Virus record (IMG/VR): IMGVR_UViG_3300008107_000009
Direction: 5' to 3' (one strand)
From: an uncultured virus (IMG/VR IMGVR_UViG_3300008107_000009)
Lineage: Duplodnaviria > Heunggongvirae > Uroviricota > Caudoviricetes
DNA length: 64,000 nt
Shown: one piece after another, positions 20,203 to 30,020 of the stretch
How positions within the stretch are numbered: the stretch's first letter is position 1
Layout: each line of letters opens with the position of its first letter
Notes under the pieces: model-generated
Databases searched by the model: none
Told to the model about the DNA's origin: nothing
What the model saw: only the letters and a program-made list of their open reading frames with translations
Made by a program: the position numbers and the translations under genes

Positions 20203-21927
20203 TTATGAATTACTATTTCTTATGAATTGCTTGTTCTTCATATTTACCTCTGTGTTGTAGGTAACAGGAACTGTTTTTCTAATATCTATATTGATTGAAG
20301 ATAACTTGTTTAAATCCGCTCCTTTATCATAAAATAAACCAGCTCTGTCTGACCATCCGCCAGTAAGTATTACTATTTCATCCTTATCAAAAAGAATATC
20401 TCCAAAATCATCTAAACCTAAAACCGTTTTCTTTTTAGGATCTGTATCAGGAAGAGATTCTACACTTTTAGCATACAGTTCATTTTTTTCAGATATAAAA
20501 AATAAAGTAACTGAATCTACCCCCGGAACAGATTCTACAATTGAAATTAAATCAGATCTAGGGATTTTGTCTCTTCTTCTAATACCTATAAAGTAATTGC
20601 TAATAGAATCAATGATTTGTCCTTTTATAGTATCAGGATCATAACCTTCAAAAACAGTTATGAGTATATTTAAAACATACCTAGAAATTTTAGGATCTAA
20701 TATTCTTACTTCAGTAGTAACAATTTTCTGTCCGCTATCTTCGATTGCTTGAAGAAGTCTATTTTTTTGGAATTCTGTCAGCTTGAATTCTGTCTCTGCA
20801 ATATCAAAATACGTTTCATTAGTTTTTAATTTCTGAGTTATATCAGGTACTAAAAGAACATAAATAATATTATCATCATCCAGATATTGATCATCAAAGG
20901 TTGAAAAAGCCTCAATAATTGAGAATATACCAAATTTTTCAAAGTATGTAATATAATTATCGGGATTTGCTAAAACAAAAGATCTTGAGGTTTTAGGAGC
21001 AAGAATTCTTGTAAGTTCTATGGATTCTTTATCGGTTCCTAACTGAGGTGCAACGGTGCAGTTTATTTTTAAATACTCCTGAAGGGAAACTGAATTACCG
21101 AAAGAATCCGTTCCGTCGTCGCTAAATTCAAATGCTATTTTTCCAGGTTCAAGAGAACTGATATTTCCTCCAGACCCTAGGGTTTCCAGATATTGTACCT
21201 GTATTGTGGATCCAGTAGGAGGGATTTTTCCAAAATTTAAATTTCCAAAAATTACGTCTATACCACTACTGATACCGGTTCTAACCAAAACACCCTCTGC
21301 ATTAAATGGAATATCATATAAAGAATCATAAACCTTCCATTCGTCACTGTCTACAAAAACTTTAACTTGAAAGTTGTCAATGGCGGAAGTAATCCTGTCA
21401 GACACGTTGTAACTTTGTAGTGATCTTCCGTTTCCTGTGAATGTCGAAGTTTTAATGCTTCCCTCTAATATTTCACAAGAAACCTTGGAAGAAGAATTTA
21501 GATTAATCCTAGTATATTCCTGGGGAAAGTTTAAAACATAAGAAACGCCACCGTTAGAAAATTTAATTTGAGCATATCTAGGAATTAGAATTGCTCCACC
21601 GCCTACAGTTGTTGCATCTGTTCCGTTCCATATAATTTCCACCTGGCCCCTTGCAGCAGTACTTCTGGAAGCGTTATGTCCAGCAAGAGCAGCAAGTCCA
21701 TAAATTGAACTTTCCCTACTTGCTTTTCTAATATCAAGCTCAGTAATAGAATCCTCAATAAAGTAAAGGATTAGCTGAGAAAGGTTCTGCAGAACAAATA
21801 ATATTTGTCCCCAAGCAGAAGCTACCGTAAATAATTGATTGGCTTGATTATATCTTTTCTGGATGATCTCAAGAGTATCCTGAAGAAGATCCTGAATTTT
21901 AGCCCGATTTTTTTTGAATAAATCCAT
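20203..21927 (-). CDS. gp6: Baseplate wedge protein (T4 gp6 / baseplate J-like)
   Basis: ASRESSIYGLAALAGHNASRSTAARG, VIFGNLNFGKIPPTGSTIQVQYLETLGSGGN, GTDKESIE, ISIVESVPGVDSV; adjacent to the gp25-like gene. Confidence 0.8.
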   Translation of the reverse strand: MDLFKKNRAKIQDLLQDTLEIIQKRYNQANQLFTVASAWGQILFVLQNLSQLILYFIEDSITELDIRKASRESSIYGLAALAGHNASRSTAARGQVEIIWNGTDATTVGGGAILIPRYAQIKFSNGGVSYVLNFPQEYTRINLNSSSKVSCEILEGSIKTSTFTGNGRSLQSYNVSDRITSAIDNFQVKVFVDSDEWKVYDSLYDIPFNAEGVLVRTGISSGIDVIFGNLNFGKIPPTGSTIQVQYLETLGSGGNISSLEPGKIAFEFSDDGTDSFGNSVSLQEYLKINCTVAPQLGTDKESIELTRILAPKTSRSFVLANPDNYITYFEKFGIFSIIEAFSTFDDQYLDDDNIIYVLLVPDITQKLKTNETYFDIAETEFKLTEFQKNRLLQAIEDSGQKIVTTEVRILDPKISRYVLNILITVFEGYDPDTIKGQIIDSISNYFIGIRRRDKIPRSDLISIVESVPGVDSVTLFFISEKNELYAKSVESLPDTDPKKKTVLGLDDFGDILFDKDEIVILTGGWSDRAGLFYDKGADLNKLSSINIDIRKTVPVTYNTEVNMKNKQFIRNSNS

Positions 21928-21928
21928 T

Positions 21929-22300
21929 TTAAATTACCTTTATTCCCAATACAGGATTACCTTTGATAGCGAATTCAATAACACAGCTATCTCTGGTTTC
22001 TCCTCTGAAAAAACCCACCTGAAAATCAATTTTGAGTATTCCTCTAGCAAAAGGACAGTAGGTATAAAGCTGTAAGCTGATTGCCTCTTCTAATTCTTGC
22101 TGATTGACCTCAAAATCGAAAATTAAAGATTCTAGATCTATACCAAAGAATGGGTCTCCTAAAACAGAACCAGGTTTAGTTAACATGATCTGCTTTATCA
22201 TTCCTATAGAGGATTCCACAACATCGTCGGTTTCTAATTTGTCCGGGACGTATAAGGGATCGTCAGGATTTCTAGGGTATATGTCAGTGATCTTTATCAT
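21929..22300 (-). CDS. gp25: Baseplate wedge / sheath initiator (gp25, GPW family)
   Basis: IKQIMLTKPGSVLGDPFFGIDLESLIFD matches the gp25 signature; 123 aa. Confidence 0.85.
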   Translation of the reverse strand: MIKITDIYPRNPDDPLYVPDKLETDDVVESSIGMIKQIMLTKPGSVLGDPFFGIDLESLIFDFEVNQQELEEAISLQLYTYCPFARGILKIDFQVGFFRGETRDSCVIEFAIKGNPVLGIKVI

Positions 22301-22309
22301 TATCTCCCT

Positions 22310-22317
22310 TATATATT
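22310..22317 (-). promoter_or_regulatory. Putative late promoter AATATATA
   Basis: 9 nt upstream of the gp25 ATG. Confidence 0.5.
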
Positions 22318-22348
22318 TATAAAATATAAGCAGAAGATAATTTAAGGA

Positions 22349-23122
22349 TTAATTCCACTGTAAGAAATAGCTTGGGGTGTTTTCCGATTTAATCATATCC
22401 ATTACCTCAGTCTTTTCTGTGGTTCCCTGTGCTGAAATAGCACTAGCGTTTATGGTAACCCCACCAGGTAATTGGTAACCAAAAGTTCCTAAAAGTCTCC
22501 CGATATTAATTTTTGCTTCTGCAAGGCAATATCTAACGAAAAGCTCATCAGAATATAGATTTTCCTCGGGAATGGCAATACATGCCTTAATTCCCACATC
22601 CTTACCTCCAAGGGCTAAACCTGTGCTGGATGTTCGGCTAGGATCGCGTCCTAGGATGGTTAGCTTCTTCGTATTCTTGTTATAATTGAAAGCATATGTT
22701 TCTAATAGGTATGCTTTTGCGAGGTCAAAAAATGAGTATAAAACGGTTCTATACACAAGGTTGTCTCCCACGAAGGGACTTAACATAAGTTCAGATCCTA
22801 ATAGCTTGGAATCTCCAAAATCTTTATCGGGTGTTCCAACTATACCAGATCCACCAACCTCCCTTACATCATAAACACTTATCACGCATTCAGGTAGCTG
22901 AACCTGTCTAGTTGCTCTAAATGATTGATGTGAAAAAAGTTCTTTACCTAAAATAAAAATTCTATCCTCTACAGCATATTGATAGTTGTCATAAAAATAT
23001 GCTTTGGCCCTTTTGATGATTCTTTTAATTTCCCCGTCATTCAGAGCGTATGGTAAAGCGCAAGAATGTGAGATATCATCCTTTATTTCTTGAACTAATT
23101 GGTCTTCCGTAGTATTAGCCAT
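22349..23122 (-). CDS. gp13: Neck / head-completion protein (T4 gp13-like)
   Basis: C-terminal YCLAEAKINIGRLLGTFGYQLPGGVTINA matches the gp13 LPGGVT(I/L)N motif; size fits. Confidence 0.75.
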   Translation of the reverse strand: MANTTEDQLVQEIKDDISHSCALPYALNDGEIKRIIKRAKAYFYDNYQYAVEDRIFILGKELFSHQSFRATRQVQLPECVISVYDVREVGGSGIVGTPDKDFGDSKLLGSELMLSPFVGDNLVYRTVLYSFFDLAKAYLLETYAFNYNKNTKKLTILGRDPSRTSSTGLALGGKDVGIKACIAIPEENLYSDELFVRYCLAEAKINIGRLLGTFGYQLPGGVTINASAISAQGTTEKTEVMDMIKSENTPSYFLQWN

Positions 23123-24582
23123 TATTGATCATTATTTTTATACAATCTATTTATCGAAATAGAAGGAATTGTATTATTAAGGTTATTGAAATCGTCGCTT
23201 GGGCCAACTTGTCCTTCAATATTACGATCAGGAAATACTACATTCTTTAAGAATTTTTCCCCCTTGCCTTTGCCTTTGCTTTTTCCATCCGCATCATTTG
23301 TTATAATTTCTGTAGTGGAAGAAACCTGAGCAAGAGATGTGATGTACCCTGATCTAATTATACCCCCAGTAATTTCACAACTTATTTCTTTATCTTTGGC
23401 ATCTATATAAGAGTTATTAACAGTGTTTCCCAGACCCAGATCACAATCTAGAATTTTAGAATCTTCAATTTCATTATTCATTACCAAATCAGTGTCCTCT
23501 ATTTGACAATTTTTGAATTTACATCCAAAAGCTCTACACTTAGCTACGTTTCCTTCAATTTCACACTCAACAAGATCTAAATTTTTTATAATATTAGCTC
23601 TTGTAGTTTTTCCGTCTTTTAGCTGATATCTTGAAATTTGTGTGTCATAATTTAGGAATCCAGAGGTAATTTCATTCTCTACTATTAAATTGTAAAGAAT
23701 GTCTCTAATGTCGTGAAAATATGTTTTAATAATCTGTAAATCTTCTCTTAAATCAACAGTTACATGAAGATCTGGATAGTTTCTAACAAACGTTTCAGGG
23801 TCAATAAAGCTCTCAGTTTCTTTATATAATTTGGAAATTAGAGCGCTTAGATCCGATGTTTCTTTTTGATTTAAGGTGTCGTTCTGTAAAAGGGTTTTAA
23901 AAGTATGAGTTATGGTGTGATCTATAATTTCTTTTATCTCAGTGTATTTTTTCTGGTAATCAGTCCCTCCCATGTATCTCACCTCGATATAACCCTCTTC
24001 TAATTTAGTAAGGTTGATTCCCATGTTTTTTTCAGTGTATACAACATAAGAATTTCTATCAGCAATAGTTCCGTCATATTTTCTAATGAACTTGTTAGCC
24101 GGAATTATTCTTTTTATAGATTTAGCATAGAGAGATCCTCTTCTTTCAGGAAATCTGCTCCACACATACTCTTCATCATACCCTAAAACAAATTTTAAAG
24201 CATTTAAATTTTTAAGGTCTATTAGATCTGGGTATTTAAGACGATCGAAGCTTAATCCAAATTGCAGTGCGCATTTTTCATTCGTGTATCCGTTTTCTTC
24301 TATCCATTTTAGAATTCTAATTAAAACGGGGATTGCCTCGAAGTAATCCATCGGACCAGTAATTAGCTCTACCATCTTGGTACCGCCAGAAAAATCTGGT
24401 TCTAATTTAAAAACGTCCCTTGTTGGCTTAAATCTGGAGTGGTATCTCTTGAAAAGCTTAATTTCCTTCCCAATCTCGTCGCCTATTCTTTGCACCATCT
24501 CCGAACGCGAAAAATTGGACATGAACTCAAATTCAAATCCAATTTTTGCTGCGTAGAAGAAATTTTGATCAAGTATTCTCAA
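23122..24582 (-). CDS. Amidoligase-like (COOH-NH2 ligase type 2) protein with a C-terminal beta-helix-like region
   Basis: KIGFEFEF, LEPDFS, VELITGP, TNEKCA and IEVRYMGG motifs; the usual HxH motif is replaced by QFG. Confidence 0.65.
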   Translation of the reverse strand: MRILDQNFFYAAKIGFEFEFMSNFSRSEMVQRIGDEIGKEIKLFKRYHSRFKPTRDVFKLEPDFSGGTKMVELITGPMDYFEAIPVLIRILKWIEENGYTNEKCALQFGLSFDRLKYPDLIDLKNLNALKFVLGYDEEYVWSRFPERRGSLYAKSIKRIIPANKFIRKYDGTIADRNSYVVYTEKNMGINLTKLEEGYIEVRYMGGTDYQKKYTEIKEIIDHTITHTFKTLLQNDTLNQKETSDLSALISKLYKETESFIDPETFVRNYPDLHVTVDLREDLQIIKTYFHDIRDILYNLIVENEITSGFLNYDTQISRYQLKDGKTTRANIIKNLDLVECEIEGNVAKCRAFGCKFKNCQIEDTDLVMNNEIEDSKILDCDLGLGNTVNNSYIDAKDKEISCEITGGIIRSGYITSLAQVSSTTEIITNDADGKSKGKGKGEKFLKNVVFPDRNIEGQVGPSDDFNNLNNTIPSISINRLYKNNDQ

Positions 24583-25693
24583 TTTTCTGTTTTAGATATA
24601 ATTTAGAACTTTGTAGCTCAACATCTAAAACAGTACAGAGAATTTCGGAACCGACTTCGTACTCTTTAGGTGGCTTAGCTAAATTGTCCTTTTCCACCAG
24701 TCCCGGGATCCCATTTTCGAGTTTTACAAAAACTCCAAAATTCTTGATCTTAGAGACGGTTCCTCTATATATTTTATTTTCTTTGTCTTCCGATAAAGAT
24801 ATGTCCCTTAATTCCTGAAGTTCCCTTTCTTTCCCCTCTGGTGGGTTTAATTTTAAAACTATTCTGTTTGGATTTCTAAAATCTGAAACATAGAAGGAAA
24901 CTGAGCTTCCTGGTTCCATATGCATTTTTAAACCCGCAGATTCAAATTCTTCCGCCGGAATTAACCCTGTGTAATATTCGTCCCATTCAACAAAAACTCC
25001 TGCAGGTGATGTTCCAGTAACGGTTCCACTGTATTGCTGTGTTATCGAAAGTTCCTCTACTTTTTGATCTATGATGTGTTTTAGATATTTTTTGAAAGAT
25101 ACTACAAAAATATCTCTTCTTTCATCATAAGTCTCAATCATCACATTGATGGTTTTCCCTACAAAAGATTGGAAGTCAATAATTCTATTTGCAGCTGCAA
25201 GTGATCCAGGTAAGAAACACTTAATTCCTGAGAGATTAACCATAAATCCTCCAGGACAAGTTGATTCGATTCTTACAGTGTATGCGCTCTTCTCATCTTT
25301 GATAGATTTAGAAAGTTCATTCTTAAGGGAGTTTTCATATCCTGCAGCAAGAGATCCATTATAAATGCCGCTGCGGTCTTTGAATACAACAACGTCAATT
25401 TCGGTTCCTTCCATGATATCCATAGGGGGATAACCTAATCTCCTAATTGCTTTTTCTTCCTTAAGAATATCGATAGAAACTGATTGTCCATTTACGGATT
25501 CACCAATTGCACTGTTGTCTCTGATTCTTGTTATCTTTACTCTTAAAACTTGATTTTCTTCAAGTTCTTTTGATGTGAATGGAATTGATTTTTGTGTGAA
25601 ATTTGAATTGAAATGACCTTCATACAAAGCATCCATTATTGCTCTTTCCTCTGGAGAGTATTCTTCTCTAGTATAGGTTCTTTTTTTAGCCAT
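24569..25693 (-). CDS. Ribosomal protein bS1-like protein with about four S1 domains
   Basis: GGFMVNLSGIKCFLPGSL, GTVTGTSPAGVFVEW...GLI and GTVSKIKNFGVFVKLENGIPGLV...YEVGSEILCTVLDVE are S1-repeat signatures as in RpsA. Confidence 0.85.
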   Translation of the reverse strand: MAKKRTYTREEYSPEERAIMDALYEGHFNSNFTQKSIPFTSKELEENQVLRVKITRIRDNSAIGESVNGQSVSIDILKEEKAIRRLGYPPMDIMEGTEIDVVVFKDRSGIYNGSLAAGYENSLKNELSKSIKDEKSAYTVRIESTCPGGFMVNLSGIKCFLPGSLAAANRIIDFQSFVGKTINVMIETYDERRDIFVVSFKKYLKHIIDQKVEELSITQQYSGTVTGTSPAGVFVEWDEYYTGLIPAEEFESAGLKMHMEPGSSVSFYVSDFRNPNRIVLKLNPPEGKERELQELRDISLSEDKENKIYRGTVSKIKNFGVFVKLENGIPGLVEKDNLAKPPKEYEVGSEILCTVLDVELQSSKLYLKQKIENT

Positions 25694-25715
25694 TAGTTGT
25701 TTTTTAAAAGATGAA

Positions 25716-28700
25716 TTAATTTATTGATATTTTAGTCCCAAACCCTAGATAGATTTCAGAATCTGGCAGAGGATAAAATAATTTTCCCGCACCGGCAAAG
25801 AATTTAAAGCCTCCTGAGATATCAACAGCAGATCTTAAGAACTCGTCCATGAAAACAACATAAAAAGGATTCTTTAAACTCATTCTGTCCCAGCGTGGGA
25901 TATCTTCGTTGTTCCATAAAGGATTTAAGATATTAATAATATTTCTACCCAGTACAACTACCACAGGCCAAGGGACCTTAGAGAATATTGCATCCTGTAT
26001 ATCCAGATACTTTTGAAGAAATTCACCAGGGATAGGAATTCTTGGAGGGGTTTTAAATTTATCCCAAAGTTGGGTAAATGCTATATCAGAGGCTGGATGA
26101 GTTGGTAAGAAATTCATAGTGAATTCTATATAATCCTGATTCCTTGCAGGGATGGGTATCTTTGGAATAGAATCCAAAGCAGGTATCTTAGCTGTTTTAG
26201 TAAAATTCTTAACAATATTATCTGACATTGTTTTAATGTCACTATCTGATAACGTTTCGAAGTTTTCAAGAACCCCTGGCAATAATTTAGTGATCATTTC
26301 AGGATTTACAGAAGACATTGCTCCATCAACCAAGAATTTACTAATCACTTTTCCTGGAATGATTATAGGGGGAATACCTCCAGGGCCAATCGGAGAAACA
26401 GGTGAAGCGCTTTTCTTAGGAGGAATGGAAGGGAGGTTTAACGAAGAAGACAAATTAGTAAATGATTTCTGCATGTTTTTCATGCTTGCAGTATCAGGAA
26501 TGGAAAAGTTTTTTAAATCAACAGGAAATTTTGATAGCGAACTATTAATTACGTTCTTTGTGATCATTTTAAGATCCCGCTGTCTTATAATCTTATTCTC
26601 AGAAATTGCTAAATTACTTACTATAGATGTTAGTTGATCTGTATTTAATTTTATACTACTTGTGGCAAAGTTTTTTAATTGAGAAATAACAGGATTTGGT
26701 ATTTCTTCTATTCCAGAAGGCAAAGGTACACCTGCACCTAAAATTCTAGGGGCGGGTGTTATTTTAGCTTTAAACGAAAGAAGTTTTTTACTACTTAAAG
26801 GAGAATCCTCACCTTCAAAAACCTCAGTTGCACTTTTCTTAACTAAATCTTCTAATTTTTTTACGTCCTCGGGAGAACTAGAAAGATCCTTCAGTTTATT
26901 ATTAAATTTAGCAACTATCTTAGAATTATTAGGAAGATTTTTGTTTAAATCGTCTAATTCTTTTGGGGTAGGAATTTTTATAGAATCTACTCCTCTAAGG
27001 ATCCTAGATAAAAGATTTATCTTGGGAATTTTATCCGGGATAACACCAAGTTTTCTTTTAGCATCTAAATCCCTTAAAGATTTTATAGGCTGGGGCAGAT
27101 CAACTAAAAGATTTTTTGATTTTTTAGGGAACTGAATATCTGGAATGTCTACCGCTCCCGTCAAATATTCTTTCATAATATCTTTTAAGGCTGATATTTT
27201 TTCACCGTCTATAGATTTTAGAAAGTTGTCTATTTCCTCCTTCTCTTTTTTAATATCTCCACCCTCTAAAGCCATTTTTCTTTTCTTTTCTAGTATCTTA
27301 GATTGAGACTCCTCTTTCTTTTTTGTTATCTTGTCTTGTAATTTTTGGATTTTCCCCATGTTTACAGGCTTGCTATAATTTGCAAGTCTCTTTTCAAGAT
27401 TCGAAACAACTTCTCCGAAAAGTCTTTTAGGATCATCAACGTCATCTTTTCCAAGGTTGGAAAAAGGAAAAAGAAAGTTTGGTATTCCTTTAGAAAGCAT
27501 CTTTTTGTAATTTTCGAGAGGATCGTTAGCAACAGGATCAGATTTTCTAGGAATGAACCTAAACCCTCTGAGTCCAAGAAGAAACATACTATTCCCAGTT
27601 AAAAAATCATGGAAAAAAACTAGGGGGCTAGGCATGAATCCCCCGATGAAAGGAACGAATATAACTATGACCCCAATTCCTATCGGAATAACAACAGGAT
27701 CTACCTTCGTCCATACCATTGGCATAGGAATTCTAATAAAAGGTAACCCGTCTAATGGATTCACTATCGGTGGAGGTAAAGGTATAAAAGATGGCGGAAG
27801 ATAACCTACCGGCCAATATTTTAAACCCAGATTCGGTAAAAAATTTGCGGGATTTTCTATAGGGGGAAGACCAGCAGGGAGGGGGAGTAATCCCACTTTA
27901 TTTAAATTTTTACAAAACTCTTTCCAATAGCATTTGGTAAAAAGATTTGGACAATCCGGAGATCGATGTGAAGCACATGTATCTTTTAATTTTAAACTCT
28001 GCCCAGCAGGACCGCAACATTCTGTTGGGCATTTCTCTTCTTTTTTAGTGGCACAACTTATGGAATTAGCTTTGGTGGAAAGTCCCTCTGGAGAATTCTC
28101 CTGATCTAACTTAGTTATCTTCTCAGCTATTGACATTAAAGAATTTTCAATTGCAGTAACCCTTGATTTTATTCCATCTGAAGCTTCTTTAAGAAGTTCA
28201 CTATTTTTCTTTACAGAAGACACGCTGATCGTAAAATAATAATCCGCTATTTTTTCTGCTAAGGCATCCGAAGATTTTTTTAAATCCAGTATTTTATCCT
28301 CTATTGTTTTCTTTCTATCGTTATACTTTTGGTCCCATTTTGTTTTAAAGTCTTGCCAGAATTCTTCAAATTCCTTGTTTGGATTTCCTTCCTTGTCGGT
28401 TTTTGCTGGTTTTATATCGGCAGATTTTCTAGCATCATTATCTCCTCTTTCCTGAGCAGTAAAAAATATCCAAGGACTTGCAGATGTCTCTATTAGATTG
28501 GAAAATAAAAATCCATGATCAGATTCTATTGATTTAATAATTTGACCCTTGCTTTTGTTAGAGTTTTCTATATCGCTAACGAAACTATAGTAGTCTGTTT
28601 TATTCTTAGGATTTTCATCCTTGATTTTTAAAAAAGATTCAAAATCTTTGAAAAATGAGGTATCCTGCCCTCCTAATAATCCACCCTTGCTGTACTCCAT

Positions 28701-30020
28701 TCCTACCTGGAGTTTAGATGTGTCGACCTTTTGATAATCTTGACTCATCAGATCGTTATTAACCTCCATTTTTACTCTCTCATACGGAATTTTTTTCCCT
28801 AAGCCGTGTGGAAAATCTATTCCAAATGATATTCCAATGTATTTACTACCAGGAAGTATTATTTTTTTAGTAGACTGAAATCTTGAAGAAAATTGATTTA
28901 ATTTCTTTATATAATCGTCAGCTCCGGTTCCAAGTACTAAATTGATTGCTAATTTTAATGGATCTCCTTTTTTACCCGCTTTGCTTTTCTTTTCAAATTG
29001 GGAATATAATTCGTCATAATAATTATGAATTATTTTATAATAAAACAAAACCTCCTCCAGCTCTTTTTCTGCTTTTTGAAGTCTAGCTTTTTCTTCATTC
29101 TTTTCCCTAACTTCATTAAATATGGATTTAGTTTGCTTTAAGCACGAATTAATAGTGTCTGAAATATCTTCTATATCAGGTTCAGGATCGATAGGTGTTT
29201 CTGGAGAAGGAATTTCGGGCTCACATATTTCTTTCAAAAACTGAGTTAAGTCGTTTTTTGTGAAAAGCGATTCCCCCGTTTCAGGATTAATTGGAATATC
29301 AGGCTCACAAAAAACCTCATCAGCGATTTCAAATACATTGTTATATTCTTCCTTTTCGTCGTTTAGAAGATTCTCTAACTTTTTTAAAAGATCATCCTCA
29401 TCTATATAAGTTCCTTTCTTTTCGCAGCTCTTTACCTTTTTAGATTTTATTCTGTCTCTTAGTCTTTGAAGTATTTTGGAGAGGTTGACCTTAGGAGGAG
29501 CTATATGAAAAAACAAGGGCTTACCCTTATATGTTATGATATTGAGAGGAAAATTAAAGCCTAGAATTTTAAAATTTCTTTTTTTTAAATTAGGGCTTTT
29601 AACTTTGATGCCTATAAGATCTAAATCAAGATTATCAAAAAGCATTTCCTTGGCTCTTTGTAATCTATCTTGCAAAGAAATTCTTTCAAAATATTTCTCA
29701 AATGAGTCATTATTAGAAAAATCCGGAATTTCTTTAAGATCTGAAGTTAAATTAAGTTTTTCTAAAATTTTCCAGATTAATCTATTTCCTAATTCCTCGC
29801 CCTCGTATTTACATATAATATCATTTATCTCATTATCAGTAAGTATTAAATCTTCAGGATTTAATGAATTATTAATTTCTTCCCCAGCGTTAATTATATC
29901 TTCCTCCTTCCCGAGAGGATCAGGAATGGAAGACAATCTTGCAGCTAACTCTTCAACAGTTATAGTACCGTTTTCGAGATCTTTTACCCACTTATCAAGG
30001 TTTTCTAAATTATTGCTCAT
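25716..30020 (-). CDS. Large hypothetical protein, 1434 aa; Lys-rich coiled coils, Cys cluster, Pro-rich hydrophobic core
   Basis: Long ORF overlapping the gp5 stop by 11 nt; no family recognised. Confidence 0.7.
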   Translation of the reverse strand: MSNNLENLDKWVKDLENGTITVEELAARLSSIPDPLGKEEDIINAGEEINNSLNPEDLILTDNEINDIICKYEGEELGNRLIWKILEKLNLTSDLKEIPDFSNNDSFEKYFERISLQDRLQRAKEMLFDNLDLDLIGIKVKSPNLKKRNFKILGFNFPLNIITYKGKPLFFHIAPPKVNLSKILQRLRDRIKSKKVKSCEKKGTYIDEDDLLKKLENLLNDEKEEYNNVFEIADEVFCEPDIPINPETGESLFTKNDLTQFLKEICEPEIPSPETPIDPEPDIEDISDTINSCLKQTKSIFNEVREKNEEKARLQKAEKELEEVLFYYKIIHNYYDELYSQFEKKSKAGKKGDPLKLAINLVLGTGADDYIKKLNQFSSRFQSTKKIILPGSKYIGISFGIDFPHGLGKKIPYERVKMEVNNDLMSQDYQKVDTSKLQVGMEYSKGGLLGGQDTSFFKDFESFLKIKDENPKNKTDYYSFVSDIENSNKSKGQIIKSIESDHGFLFSNLIETSASPWIFFTAQERGDNDARKSADIKPAKTDKEGNPNKEFEEFWQDFKTKWDQKYNDRKKTIEDKILDLKKSSDALAEKIADYYFTISVSSVKKNSELLKEASDGIKSRVTAIENSLMSIAEKITKLDQENSPEGLSTKANSISCATKKEEKCPTECCGPAGQSLKLKDTCASHRSPDCPNLFTKCYWKEFCKNLNKVGLLPLPAGLPPIENPANFLPNLGLKYWPVGYLPPSFIPLPPPIVNPLDGLPFIRIPMPMVWTKVDPVVIPIGIGVIVIFVPFIGGFMPSPLVFFHDFLTGNSMFLLGLRGFRFIPRKSDPVANDPLENYKKMLSKGIPNFLFPFSNLGKDDVDDPKRLFGEVVSNLEKRLANYSKPVNMGKIQKLQDKITKKKEESQSKILEKKRKMALEGGDIKKEKEEIDNFLKSIDGEKISALKDIMKEYLTGAVDIPDIQFPKKSKNLLVDLPQPIKSLRDLDAKRKLGVIPDKIPKINLLSRILRGVDSIKIPTPKELDDLNKNLPNNSKIVAKFNNKLKDLSSSPEDVKKLEDLVKKSATEVFEGEDSPLSSKKLLSFKAKITPAPRILGAGVPLPSGIEEIPNPVISQLKNFATSSIKLNTDQLTSIVSNLAISENKIIRQRDLKMITKNVINSSLSKFPVDLKNFSIPDTASMKNMQKSFTNLSSSLNLPSIPPKKSASPVSPIGPGGIPPIIIPGKVISKFLVDGAMSSVNPEMITKLLPGVLENFETLSDSDIKTMSDNIVKNFTKTAKIPALDSIPKIPIPARNQDYIEFTMNFLPTHPASDIAFTQLWDKFKTPPRIPIPGEFLQKYLDIQDAIFSKVPWPVVVVLGRNIINILNPLWNNEDIPRWDRMSLKNPFYVVFMDEFLRSAVDISGGFKFFAGAGKLFYPLPDSEIYLGFGTKISIN

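Noticed and set aside
24766..24773. Other intragenic AATATATA copies (also 38529-38536)
   Set aside because: Far from any start codon and expected by chance in AT-rich DNA.
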